64,000 nucleotides of DNA from Laetmonice hystrix (lineage: Eukaryota), in the NCBI GenBank assembly GCA_965235115.1, contig OZ249440.1, positions 10,044,001 through 10,108,000 on the forward strand, read 5' to 3'. Below the pieces are notes generated by a model. That model made no database searches, was not told the origin of the DNA, and saw only the letters and a program-made list of their open reading frames with translations. The position numbers and the translations under genes were made by a program. The stretch's first letter is position 1, and each line of letters begins with the position of its first letter. Below are positions 51,258 to 63,717 of this stretch, one piece after another.

Positions 51258-54200
51258 GCCGTAGTAAGATCACCACGACATTCAAGGCGATGGATTTCTG
51301 TCTTCTTCCCACCAAATTCCATCGCTTGTTACCATGGGGAATCCACCGTCAGGTTGACTGATCCTGAAAGGCGACCAGTGAAACAGGAAGCCAACCCCTA
51401 ACCTCCTGTACAGTAAGCTCTCTCCTGGGAGATATTCCCACTCACAGTTGTTCGTACTCAGAATGAGGAAAACCTCATGCCGACAGTTGTCACCTTAGCT
51501 GGTTGTGTGTCCCCCACAGACGGACAACTAAACCTGCGCCAAGGATTAGGCTAGTCGCTCCTGAAGTTACGGCTGAAGGGGGTAAATAATATAGTAGATT
51601 GGCTGAACGTTAACAGATGTCTCAGTATACGTTTAAAGGTACTCAACAAAAAAGAAATTTTGGTAAGTCTATATACACATATATGCCAACCTATATAATC
51701 TACGTGCCCTACCTTATACCCCAGGAGTCTTGTCGATTTGAAAACCACGAGCACACAGAACTGAGATGCCCCACTTGCCGGCGCTGCTCCGTGAAGCCAA
51801 AATAATTGAAAAATAGGATTTAATTTTCATGTCATTGAGGCGGGTGCGTGTTTAATTGTGGATCGTCAGCGACGGGTGAACGGGATGTTGTCATAACCCC
51901 AAGCAGTGCCAGTACGTTTGGACTCGTTTCTCTGATCTCAGCTCCGCTCCGCATGCAGGCCATGGAAATCTCTTTTGGGTCTAAGCTTGTGGCTTTTCTT
52001 TTTTCAAGTGGATGAGAGATAATGACGGTGCGGGACCCCCCCCCCCCCCCCCCCCCAAACACATTCCCTCATGTTTCTCGTCTGCCGACTCCTTTTCCGC
52101 GAACCAAGTGGTACTATATATTGGGCCTAATTTCATCTTGTGGCATTTCTTTCAGACAATGTTGAAATATCCGATTACCCCTTTAAATGCACGGATGTTT
52201 ATTTTAGTCTCACGTTCGTGTTAGCGCTCCTAAATCGTGTTTGGTATTTCTGTGAAGTGAGTTAGTGTGATAAGTGCCTTGCATAACAAGAAAATGCAGA
52301 AGGCGCAATGTGACCTTTTCTAAGATAACCCCCTCACTTCACCTCAGAATGGGGCGCGGCATTTGGTAAAGACAGCGTTGGTCAAACCACCGGGGTCAGT
52401 TAAGACCTTACGTAAAGGGCCTACACCAAGAACACCGGCCCAGATCCGAAAACCGGACCATTGGAAATCCGCCCGTAAAATTCCGGGAGCTTCTGCCCAC
52501 CATAATGGGGACAAGACCATCTCAGGCAAATGTTCTTTTATGTCAGCATGTGAAAGCTGTCATGGCCGGCGTACAGGAGTAAGTGATGTAAGGATGGAGA
52601 AATGGCGAGTTGGCCTCTCGGAGCGGCTACCTGTCAGACCCACATCCAAGCGCCTCATTGATTTATGTCATTACCGACTCTCGGAAGCAATATTTCCCTG
52701 CCTATAAATGGAGACTTATGGTGATTTGGTGCGGGCTGACAGCGTGACCTTGGTAAGGTCACGACGCGGACAGCTTACAGACGCCGCGTTTGACGTCGCG
52801 ACGTTGTTGTGCAATGTTCCCGGCAGATGGCAGACATTGTCCATGATAACGTTAATGGCTACCTACCGTCCTTATCACCCCGAAGGAGGAATTATGCCAA
52901 TAAATTCATTATTTATCACGTCCGACTGCCGTTCTGCAGCAGGTTACACCGGGGGCTATAAAAACATGAGATAAATTTTAAAATACGAAGTAAAACACAG
53001 CCACGTGTCATTGATCAGGCCGATAAAAAAACCCATCCTGTCTGACGTTGGATAACGTTATTTGGCAGTTTGAATTGAAATGACCCAACGGCACCAGAAG
53101 TGAATTCTCCGTAGATACCCACCATTGAGGAGGGGGACAGTTTTCTCATTTCCGCAATTAATGTTTTGTAAAAACCGACATCATTTCGGGTCCTTTGTGT
53201 CAGCCGTGTCCATGAACAATTTTCACAATAGTGAAATGAAATTATGAGCGATGTTTTTTATGGTTCGCTCATTACGATTTTTGTGGAGATACTCCTAGCA
53301 GAGATTTATGACTTGCCTGTTCCGTGTAGTGACATACATGTGTGGCTTCCTCTGCGTGTAGGATACATAGACTAAGGCACTTTGCCTTAGATATACCCTC
53401 AAGCTTTGGTCAAAAAAGTTTAGAATCAGGGCAGTGGTCAGTTGGTTATGTCCACTGCATGAATACAAATATGCTGACCGCAAGTTTGCGTCATTCACAG
53501 CGCCCTCTTGGCGACATTTTTGACAACTGTATCTCAAAAGCTACGTCTTCTGCCAGTTCTGGGATGAATTAGATCCATTGTAAGGTTACAAAATGTCAAC
53601 CACGATAGTGGTGGTGATTTCAGGAAAGGTACCAAATACATTACACATTTATTTTCTCCCAAGTCTCTGAGATATAATAAGGTAACACGGAACAAACTGA
53701 TCTGATTATATTATGTGAGGGTCGATACGGCATGAATTGTCGAGGCGACAGTCCAAGATTATGACATTGTCCCAGACAGCTTTCTTTATATCAACACTAC
53801 AACCCACGGCGGCTTTCGGTGCTGCATCAACCCAAACACGCAACCATCGATGAAGCAACCAAGCAGGATCTATTGGAATCATATCCACTTTCGGCGGTGA
53901 GCGAATGAAATATGCATCGTACGCTCGGCGCTGTCTTTAGAGACTCATCAGGAAGGACACTAACGTTGCCTCCAAGCAATTGTTCACCTTAATGTCGCCG
54001 GTCTGTGCCAGCTTCCTATTTTCCTCATGGTTTATATTCAATATTGTGAGGAATAGCACTGACTGTTAAATCCACGCTGATGGCATATCTGGCCATAGAC
54101 GGCAACAATCTTTAAAGAGGTTTATGACCAGACGACGCCTCCTAAACACCCCTTAAACCAGGGCCACATTGTCGTCAACATTCACGGGGGTGGCTGGCCC

Positions 54201-57200
54201 GTTAGAGACACCCTACATGGGAGTTGAGATGGGAACCTAGTTAGGAAGCAATTATTTTCATGGCGAGTGAAATCCTCTGATGTTTATCCCATTGAGGGAG
54301 TGCCAGGAGGGAGATCGTCATCAAATGAAGGCGGCTCGGCCACCACTGAACATTAACACTCGGGTCTTTGTGACTCCGTACCCCATACACTATCACCCCC
54401 GGCCGGTCAGGTAAGATCCTGACGATAACACCCTATTTATACACCCCTGACCCCCTATCCCACCCTTTGCCGGACTGGACGAGTCAGCTCTACACCCCCA
54501 CCCCTCGTAATACCCCAACCAACTTATGAACTTTGCGGACAGAAATATAGCTTTGTGTCACCAGGTTGTGGCATTGTTACCATTAAACATATTGACACAC
54601 ATATTCGAAAGGATATCACCAACAGACGGAATGAGATCTGTGTTTCACTGAAAAGCCAACTTCAGATAGACTGAGGGTTGAGGGTTAAGTAAGGAATGAA
54701 AGAAACAGTTCACATAGACAATTTCTATACTGACACCTAAGGTCAAGGCAGCATTAAATTAAATTACCGTTTTTATACTGATCTTTATAGCCTTGACAAA
54801 CTAGACCAAATCCCCCAATTTTGGCTAAGGTTACTGGCTCCAAACTCTACCGACGGCAAATGCCTATTTGGATTAGAACAGGCCCATTGCTGAGGAAATT
54901 GCATCCAAGGTCTCCATGCAGTTTCCCTGGTCTGGCTCCTCAGACTGGAGCAAACCACAAATATTTCACTCAATACCAGATCTTGTTCGTTCCATCCACA
55001 ACAGTGGCCATACAAAGAAACTTCAAAAAGGACCTTATGGTCCATTCAATCTCAGCGACACAGTCGATATTTCTCAGTGGCCCCCTTGGATATGCTCCCA
55101 GGGAAGTAGTGAGTATGAATGATGGGGCATGGGGATAGCTTACTCTGTTTGTGGCCGATGACAAAATCAAATGGAGGGGTGGGCTGAGTGGTCCATACCC
55201 TAGCACGCTACCCCGGCGGAGGAGGCACTGGGTCGACGCGACACCAAAGGCCTTTGGTTGTGCTTGGCTGGGCATTCAATTATGGTATCGGTGGGTTTAA
55301 TCAGAACATCATCTGACAGTCAGACCACATGTTAGGTCCGTATGGATGCGTGGGGGCTGTCACTAGAGGTGGCGGGGCCCTTCCAGTCAAATTCATGGGC
55401 GGAGGGTAAGTGACTTGCAGAGGGGGGTTGAGAAGGGGGTGGCACTGACCCCAGTCGGGGTGTACCCCCCGTGCGGTCAGGGGGTCGTACTGGGGGCTGC
55501 CATCATGGTCACTGATGACGGGGGATAATGCTAACAGGTTCACAAATATGATCCTGAGACTGCCCCACAACAGCACCCAACCCCTCCCACCCCACGTACC
55601 CCAGGAAAGAAATCCATTATCAAACAGACAAACATGGTATCAACCTTCAGAGTCTAGGATTACCACGTAATTTAGTGATACCCTCTCGCAGATATTGCGG
55701 GAAGGCTTCCAGCTTTTACGCTGTTTTTTCTTCCTTTGTTTGCCTGTTTTATCTCATTTTTTCTTCTTTTTCCCCCTGTCTAGCTTGAACCACAAAGGCA
55801 TAAATTCCCAATGATACTCCATGACCCTATCCTTACAGTTCGCCTCCTAGTGAGCGCTGAGCGTACTCTTGCCTGGGGCCCAGTTAAATTCTTGACAGTG
55901 TCAAATGTGTGCAATTGGATGAGTCAAGTCCTGATGGCCGCCTTTTAGCAGTGGAACAGTGCGGATTGCTAACCCTGCACGGCGCCGCCTGAACACAGGG
56001 GCCGGGACGGGACGAGCCCAGCTTGTAAGTCCATTGTCAGGAGTCAGACTTCGGGAGCAACCAAAGGATATTGGGTGGATGTTGGGGTCGGGGGTCAAAA
56101 CACCTGAGACGCAATATCAGCAGGGCGATTGTCGGCTTGCCCCCTGCGAAACAATCGGGGGTACAAGTGGTTACCCTGTGATCATTGTAACGCTCTATAT
56201 CACGGCGCTATATCATCCACCTATTGTCCAGCCACTATTCTGGTCTGTAGTAGTGTACACCCTGTCTCACCATGTTCCCTGACATGTCTGACGTGTCTGA
56301 CATAATTTGAAAACACACAGCGTGCACTGATAATAGCCTTTTAAAAAAACCTATTTGAACAGCTCTACCTGCACACGGCATGGTGGCGCTGTTGTCACCA
56401 CGCCGCGTGTTTTAGAGTCATTATCACCTGAATCAAACTCGTCATTTGTAAGCCGCGATCGAAGACACCACTCTCAAACCGACACAGGATAATTCAACAT
56501 TAGCGGCGGCGTACTGCCACCAGAATCTGATACCTGGCCCAGTGGATCTGCTGCCTTTGAACTGGCAGGCCTCCCCGCGCGTTAATGGTGACACTTCGCC
56601 CCGGGTATACAGATATATCTCACGGTGCACTCCAAACTAGCGCTCCGAGTCAGGCCGAATTAACATAGACGGTCTCTTTCAGGGCGCCGTGCCCGGTTCA
56701 GGTGACTTTGAAGATACCTCCCCCCTCTTGCAAAAACATGCTCTAAATCTTCGACTGTGATCGGATCCTTTAAGGCTGCCTGAAAGATGGCGAGTTGATG
56801 AAACCGACAGGTACGCGCGTCCCAGGTGTTCCATCTGAAGTAAGTGTAAAAGTTCCTTTAGTGGACGACACAGTCCTTTATGACCCTAATCAGTGTTTAC
56901 ACATGAACGTGTGGAAATTCTATACAATATTAATACAATAAACGTGATTGATGTCACTTTTCTCACCATGTATTATCTGCATTGCTCGAACATAATACCA
57001 TGTTTTCAGGGCAAACGATTCATTACCCCCAACCCCACCTCCCCACCCCTCCCCCGCCCTCCCCACCCCTCCCCCGCCCTCCCCTAATGTGGACATGGAT
57101 ACACGTCTCTCCCACAGTATACCCCCAAAAAACACGGGGTGTTGAAATCTACCCTCCCTCACAAAGAATGGTAATGACACGGTATCAATGTCACATTGTC

Positions 57201-59478
57201 GGAGCGGGAACCCACCATTATGTGGCCGGTCAGTGGTGAGTACAGAAACCACATAGTGACCTATGTTGGTATAGGGTGGAGTTAGGATGGCGGGGTTGGG
57301 TGGGGTGGGGGTATATATGGGTGGGGAGGCCGTATTATAGGGGTATGACAATGGCTTCTATTGGCCGCAGTGCTCATTGCTCGTATCGCCTCAGGTAAAC
57401 TAACATCCTTATACCTAGCTACCCCCGTCCTTCCCTCCCGTTGCATGGTCTATACTGGCAACTTGACACTCCATCACTGGTTTCTTATGCCCTCCATTTC
57501 TCACTTAGCTCCAGGCCTGGCTTTGCAATCAGTTGGGTATTGGGCATTGTGAGTTAAAGGGGTACAGAAAAAAGGCATTGTGAGTTAGGCCTAAAGGGAT
57601 ATAGAAAAAAAGCACGAACACAACTACGAAACAAACAGGGCCCCATTCGTAGCCCTCATTATTATGAGACGTTGGCATCTGATAGAATTGGTGTGGCAGA
57701 GGACGCGAGTCTGAGAAAAACGGAATCTAAACCTCGGAATGTGAGGAAAGCAAGCGCATAGAACTATACAGAATGTATACCTTTATAATATATACTTTGC
57801 AAACATTCAGTGATTCGGACCGAATTAGAATGATTATTTATCTTTGTGTAACAAGTCATTGTCAGAAAATGTAATCATACAAACACACGCATGAACATAC
57901 AATGGCTGCTATTATTAAAATGTTAGTTGTAGTTTTTTGGTGGGTTTTTTTTGGGGGGGGGGGTGGGGGGTGGATACAAATGTGTATGTTCTGTACATCT
58001 TTCAGATTGTAACATCTAGCTTCTCCCGGTAAATGCACACCGCTCTAGATTATAGCTATTGACCTTTTGGCAGGTAATGGTGGCAAATTGAATCCTAGTA
58101 CCTTTGTCGGAGTTCGGAGATAAAAATTACATCTCTAATAAACTGTGGATTAAAAAACTTATTACAAATATGGACACCAATATCAATTATATCGCTTGTA
58201 TCAACGTATTTTCATGGTGAATCAAGCGAGTCATTTAGATGAAATCATTGATTATACCACCTACCAAATTACTCTCAATTAATCACCTCACTGGACGAGA
58301 TTACTTCACTGATTACGTACACTCGTTAGCCCCACAATAATAAAAGCATAAACAGACGTGGAGAATCGCCATTAGAATTAACTGACTGTATAGCAAACCA
58401 GATATTATTATGTCACATCCCCTGAGCTTCAACTTATTACTTCTCTACTTTAACTACTCGAGTAGTATATCGCCCCCAAAATCTGTTGACAATAATTCAG
58501 TAAAGACACTCTTTAGTTCGAGCTGTGAGAGTCCACATTGCCAATGGTGTTTTCGATTAGTCTTTTTCTGGCATTTTCAATATCCCTGCCTGCAATTGAA
58601 ATTATGTTGATGATTAATCATATCGGGGTCGTTGTAGATGAGAGTGTGAAATGAAAAGTGAGTGTGAAATTTCTATTCGAGCGGGGGTCCTTAGCATGTA
58701 ATGAGTGGGGCGTATTGGGAGGGGGGTCAGAATTAACCCCTGCCGCTACTCATCAGGTCTTGATGGGGTCACACACGAGGAGGAAGGGCCGGAGGGGGGC
58801 CACTTGCCCCCCTTGTGGTTTGTGGGCTGTGGCCAGGCGGTGGGTGGTACCCGGAGAGGGTCGGAGGAGGGACCCCCGGGGGTAGAGGGTGGGGGGTTAG
58901 GGGGGACGAGCCCTCCCAGCTGTTGGGGCCTTGAAAGTGATCACGTGGCTAGGGTTTCACCCGCCCGGACAGGTCTGCGCTCAACTCACCCGGGCTGGGA
59001 GGTCGGGGGGGGGGGGTCGGGGGGCTGGGGGAAAAACCCTAGAAAAACATTCCTCCCCTCCTGTATTGATACAACCGCTTTCTCATCTCTATAATCAACA
59101 ACAGGTAAAAACCTCAAGCCTTATTTCCAGACATATTTATAGATACAAACCACCAGGTAATCGGAGGCGATGACAGGTATACTCACAGATTTAGTTATAA
59201 CACCTCTAACCAGTGTCTGGACAGGTGGGGGCAGACAATGTTCCCAGAACTACTCCCTGCACCGACCCGTATCATGACAGGTTAAAGATAAGGTGGGAAT
59301 CGCCAGGTAAGAACTACAGAAAACTAAACTCCATCGTACCGAATCAAATCCTTTCTTATAATTTTTAGACCTCATTTCCCGCTGACCCAGTAAAAATGAT
59401 ACGAGGGCAATGCCACGCCCTACTTTTAAACTGACCAGTCTTCCCAAGCTAACATTGCAGGCCATATCATGCCAGATG

Positions 59479-59514
59479 AGGTCATGACCCCTGACCAGGT
59501 CAGGTCAAAGGTCA
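59479..59514 (+). promoter_or_regulatory. Candidate nuclear-receptor response element cluster (IR0 + DR1)
   Basis: AGGTCATGACCC (IR0, 59479-59490), overlapping AGGTCA at 59497 and 59502, and a perfect DR1 AGGTCA-A-AGGTCA (59502-59514). Motif only, no functional data. Confidence 0.4.
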
Positions 59515-62500
59515 GGTGCTGACACTTAGACTGACTGGCAGTGACAGTGTGTGTGGGATTCTGGCAGGCCTAGAGAGACAGGGATGAGACAGGAAGGGAA
59601 TGGTTCGAGTCTGAAAATTGGAACTAATACCGCTGGATCAGGTTTTTGAAATTTATCAAATTCTTGAAATCGCCAACAGGCCTGGCCAAACGGCACACAC
59701 ACAAGCTCGCCTCCATCATCTCGTCATCGTGAATGCCTTTGCTTATTTTAAATGCTTATATAAGGGCCTTTGATTTAATAAGTCGGCGATCATGCTATAG
59801 ACTGGATAAACAAAAAGTTGAGGTTGATATACACTTTTATTAAGGCGGGCAAATTATGCGTTCACCTCCAAGAATACCAGCCTGCCAGTACAATAACTTG
59901 GAACTCATTTTTCCTAAAGTGAATAAACATATTCTAGCATTGACTCAATACATCATTATAGCCATTCGGGATGATAAAGCTAATATTAATCAAGAAAAGG
60001 AGCAAAAGAAACCATTTCTGTTATTAACTTGACCATCAATAATCTTTGCGTTGACTGGTACACAGAGGGGGTTACTGACCGCAGCAGTCGTGAAGCTGTA
60101 ATCTTAACTCGATCCCCAGAGATCTCACCATCGTATTAGTACCTTCCAAACCTCCCTTACTCACACACCACAGCCTCAAAGTTCTCGTGTCTAATCAATA
60201 AAAAACACTTCATTCAATTTGAACTCTGAATCTAATCAGATTATGGGAATGGGATCCGCTAACTTTGGTACTTGAAGAATATAGGAGGTCTGTTATCGAG
60301 CCTGAAGGTGTGTGTAAAAAGGTGATGTACAAATATTCACAGTAGATTGTTCTGATATTGTGTGTCTGCTTGCGCTCTGAACACCTTACATCTTACCGCT
60401 GTGTACAACCCCCACCCCTTGCGACACCTAAAAAAACAGCGGTTCACGCTCACAGGCGCAAAAAAAATGTTTCAGCGTTCACGACGCAAAATACTGAGGA
60501 GATACTGCCAAAAATAAGTCCACAATTTACCTCCCCATGTCAGGAATGCACCAGAATCTTTTTTTTATATGGCGTTCTGTTTTGTTTTGTTTTGGGCAGA
60601 GCGGTATGTTACTTCGTTACAGACTGCAGGCAATCGTACGATCAGTCAGGCATTGAACCAAGCAAGACGTGGAATAAATCTCCGACTTTATCAAAACTAC
60701 TAACCGCATTGCTGAAAGTACTTAGAAAGCTAACATGGAAAAAAATATTTTGGAAGGATTGGAGCTTTGTTAGAGTTGCTAGAGCACAGATATTGTACAA
60801 GAGACGCTGTGAGACAAAGAGCCCACCACATGTTCCATTACACATCCATCCAACCAGACACATGTAAAATTCTGTCACTCAGTGAGGGTCCTTGCATGCC
60901 TTCCCCAGCTGTGGGGTAAAAAAAAGGGCAAACAAAAAGAAAGTCGAAAAAAACTCGAAATACTCCAGCTCATACTCCTTCCAAACCTCCCTAGGTGGGG
61001 GATGCTGCAATAGGTGGCCACTGGTACTAGCGCATGTGGCAGGCAAAAAGAGATGCAAAACTTCGGACTCGCCCTCCGAGCATTTATAATGCAATCTGAT
61101 GGTTGAGTTTTTCCTGGTAGGGGTGTTCATGGCGGTGGGTGAGAGGCGCTGTGTAGGGTTAGTGCTGTTGGTGGTGCTTACTATAGTTGAGGAATCCGTT
61201 CACTGGTCCTGGTGAGTTCTGTCCTGGGTGGCATGGCATGAACACTATGAGAGAGAGACAGGCCTCATCCAATGCCGTACTCATAACTCGAGGCCCACAC
61301 AGCTAGGCTCGCCCCTTCTCTCATCCACTTCACCCCGCCCCTGTTTATACACGACCGACTTAGGATTTAAGGCGCCATAAAAACGTGAATAAAAGGAGAC
61401 CGACAACCCCCCCGACTCGGGCCTCAAGGACCCTCAGACTCCCATCCTCTACTTTAGTTGCTGACGCCTCATATTAAATCAGTTTCCTGTTTCCTTCAGT
61501 CTCCCCTGACAACACCATGACGTACTCTGCATCAGTTCTCCCACCGATCTACCTCCAATACCTGATTCATTACGTATCCTGAATTACGGGTTAAAGATTA
61601 CATTAATTACTTCTGCCGCTAAATTTGCAGACACGAGTTTTCAGCAAATGTCTATAGGCCTACATATCTGAAAGGTTGATTGGGGAGCTCGGACGCGATA
61701 AAAGATTAGGGAGTAGTGTTTTTAACGTGAGGATTTCGTTGATAAACATGTCGGTGTTCCACCAATGAGACCCACCATGTGTTAGCGGGTCCGCTCCAGA
61801 TGTGAGCCAGAGAGAGAAGGGCTCAGCGTGGGGCGCCGACATAACTCAGGTCCCGGTCGCTCACCGACACGGCCCCTGGCCGGACGGGGTGTCTCCCTCC
61901 CCTCTCAGACATCTATGTAGGCCGGGGCGTTCTGAGAGACAGAGCGACACCGACAAGAAACTTACAATAAGACATACGACTATCTCACCCCTCGCTTCTT
62001 CATCGGCAGCCAAGATATCATTTTTTAGAGGGCAGCGCTCAGAATTTATCAGCCTATCCCCAACATAAAAGGTTGAGAATTAATATCAACTGACAAAACT
62101 CGCATGTGTTTATTATGATGAAGCAAATTTCAGGATTACGGGACATTTCCACCAGTTATTTTGACTGTTAATCAGTCCCAACACACCAGCCTGTTTCTAA
62201 CCGTCCTTCAGCTTATATAGCCTTCATACATTTGGCTGTAAATTCAGTAGTATACAAAGCTTAACCGGATCTTTCATTATTAACATCTATACTTGATGTA
62301 TTATATCTACTGTATTTAGGTGAGGCCTATATTTTAGTGCATAGACTGAGGCCTATATCCCTAGGGCCATATTATATTGAAACATTCCCTTCAGTAACAA
62401 ACAAAGACTGGGACTGTGATGATAGGGAGTCTCTCCTACGTCCAAGTGTGTTGAGTTGACTGATCCCTCCCAAGCTATAAGCACGTTGACAGGCCGTACC

Positions 62501-62682
62501 GACCGGATTACATAAATCCTCAGCTTGCTGCATATTAATGACCAAACCTGTTGGCACCCTCTCATCAGCCGAACAGTGTCGCAAATTATCTGGGCAATTA
62601 TTGGCTGATCCTTCAACATCTAGTTAGGAATGTGACAGAGCGTTTGATTGGCTGATTACTGGTCATGTTTGGCCGCGGTCCG

Positions 62683-62712
62683 ACCACCACCACCACCACC
62701 ACCGCCACCGCC
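62683..62712. repeat. (ACC)n microsatellite
   Basis: acc x7 followed by gccaccgcc. Confidence 0.9.
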
Positions 62713-63717
62713 TACCGGACTTTGCGGCCGCAAGGTGTCACTACTGTGGCTCAGCAGAGATCCATCAGTTTATCAGCAATGGATGGTACGCCGCTGCTAA
62801 TGTGTAATTGCTATGGTTGCGAGCTGGTATCGGAAGGTTATTACTGATCGAGTGTGGCAACCTAAAATTACGGGAAAATGAACGGTGACCTGCCGACACT
62901 CACAGCAAGCGACGCGCACTCAAGTTCAAGTCGGGGTCAGATCGAAAGGTCAAGAAAGCAACAGACTCAATAATTATTTAGAAACAGCTGAGATTGCCTG
63001 TGATTTCGTTGCCTTACTTTTGATAAAGTTGAAATAGGATACCACTTGATACATAGGGTGTACATAAAAAAACTTTGAGGTTTCATATTTCAAAAAAATC
63101 CTCTGTCACAAGTTTCTGATTTACAGGAGTAGGCTATACAAACCTTGCTATTCTTAACATCGGTTGAAATCGTCAAGTTGATAACTCAAATAGTCTTCAG
63201 GCCTACATGAAACAGCAATATTGTGTCCAACTGACCACCTGCTCAAGTAAAACCAGGTAGGACGTTATTATAACTGAGTCTAAAACAGCAGTTTCTGAGT
63301 CACAATTTTAATTTAAAAGGTTTCTAAATTAATATAGAATACCCAACGTGAGAGACACTGGTCAATATCGTGATACACCTGACATTCAGTTTATACGGTA
63401 CAATATAGGTAAAGATTATATTATGGACACGGATGATCCAGAATTTATCTTCACAGCAACTTTAGGTCCCATACCCTCTAGATTTGACCGCCGAATGCCT
63501 GATTTAACCTCCTCCCTCGCCATCTAAATGTACCTAAATGGAAACTATGACCTCATTCAAAGACACAACGCGAGCCACTGGATGATACCGCTTCTTATCC
63601 AGACGCCAACACCAGAGAGACGTCGGGATTTGACCCCTGACCTCTCAGAGCACGCTCCCCCTAATCCTCCGTACCCCACCAAGTTCACGCCATTCCTGTG
63701 GGCACTACCTCCATTAT

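Noticed and set aside
55258-55266. miR-218-like ttgtgcttg
   Set aside because: Only 9 nt match, the sequence diverges from atctaaccatgt, and there is no complementary arm.
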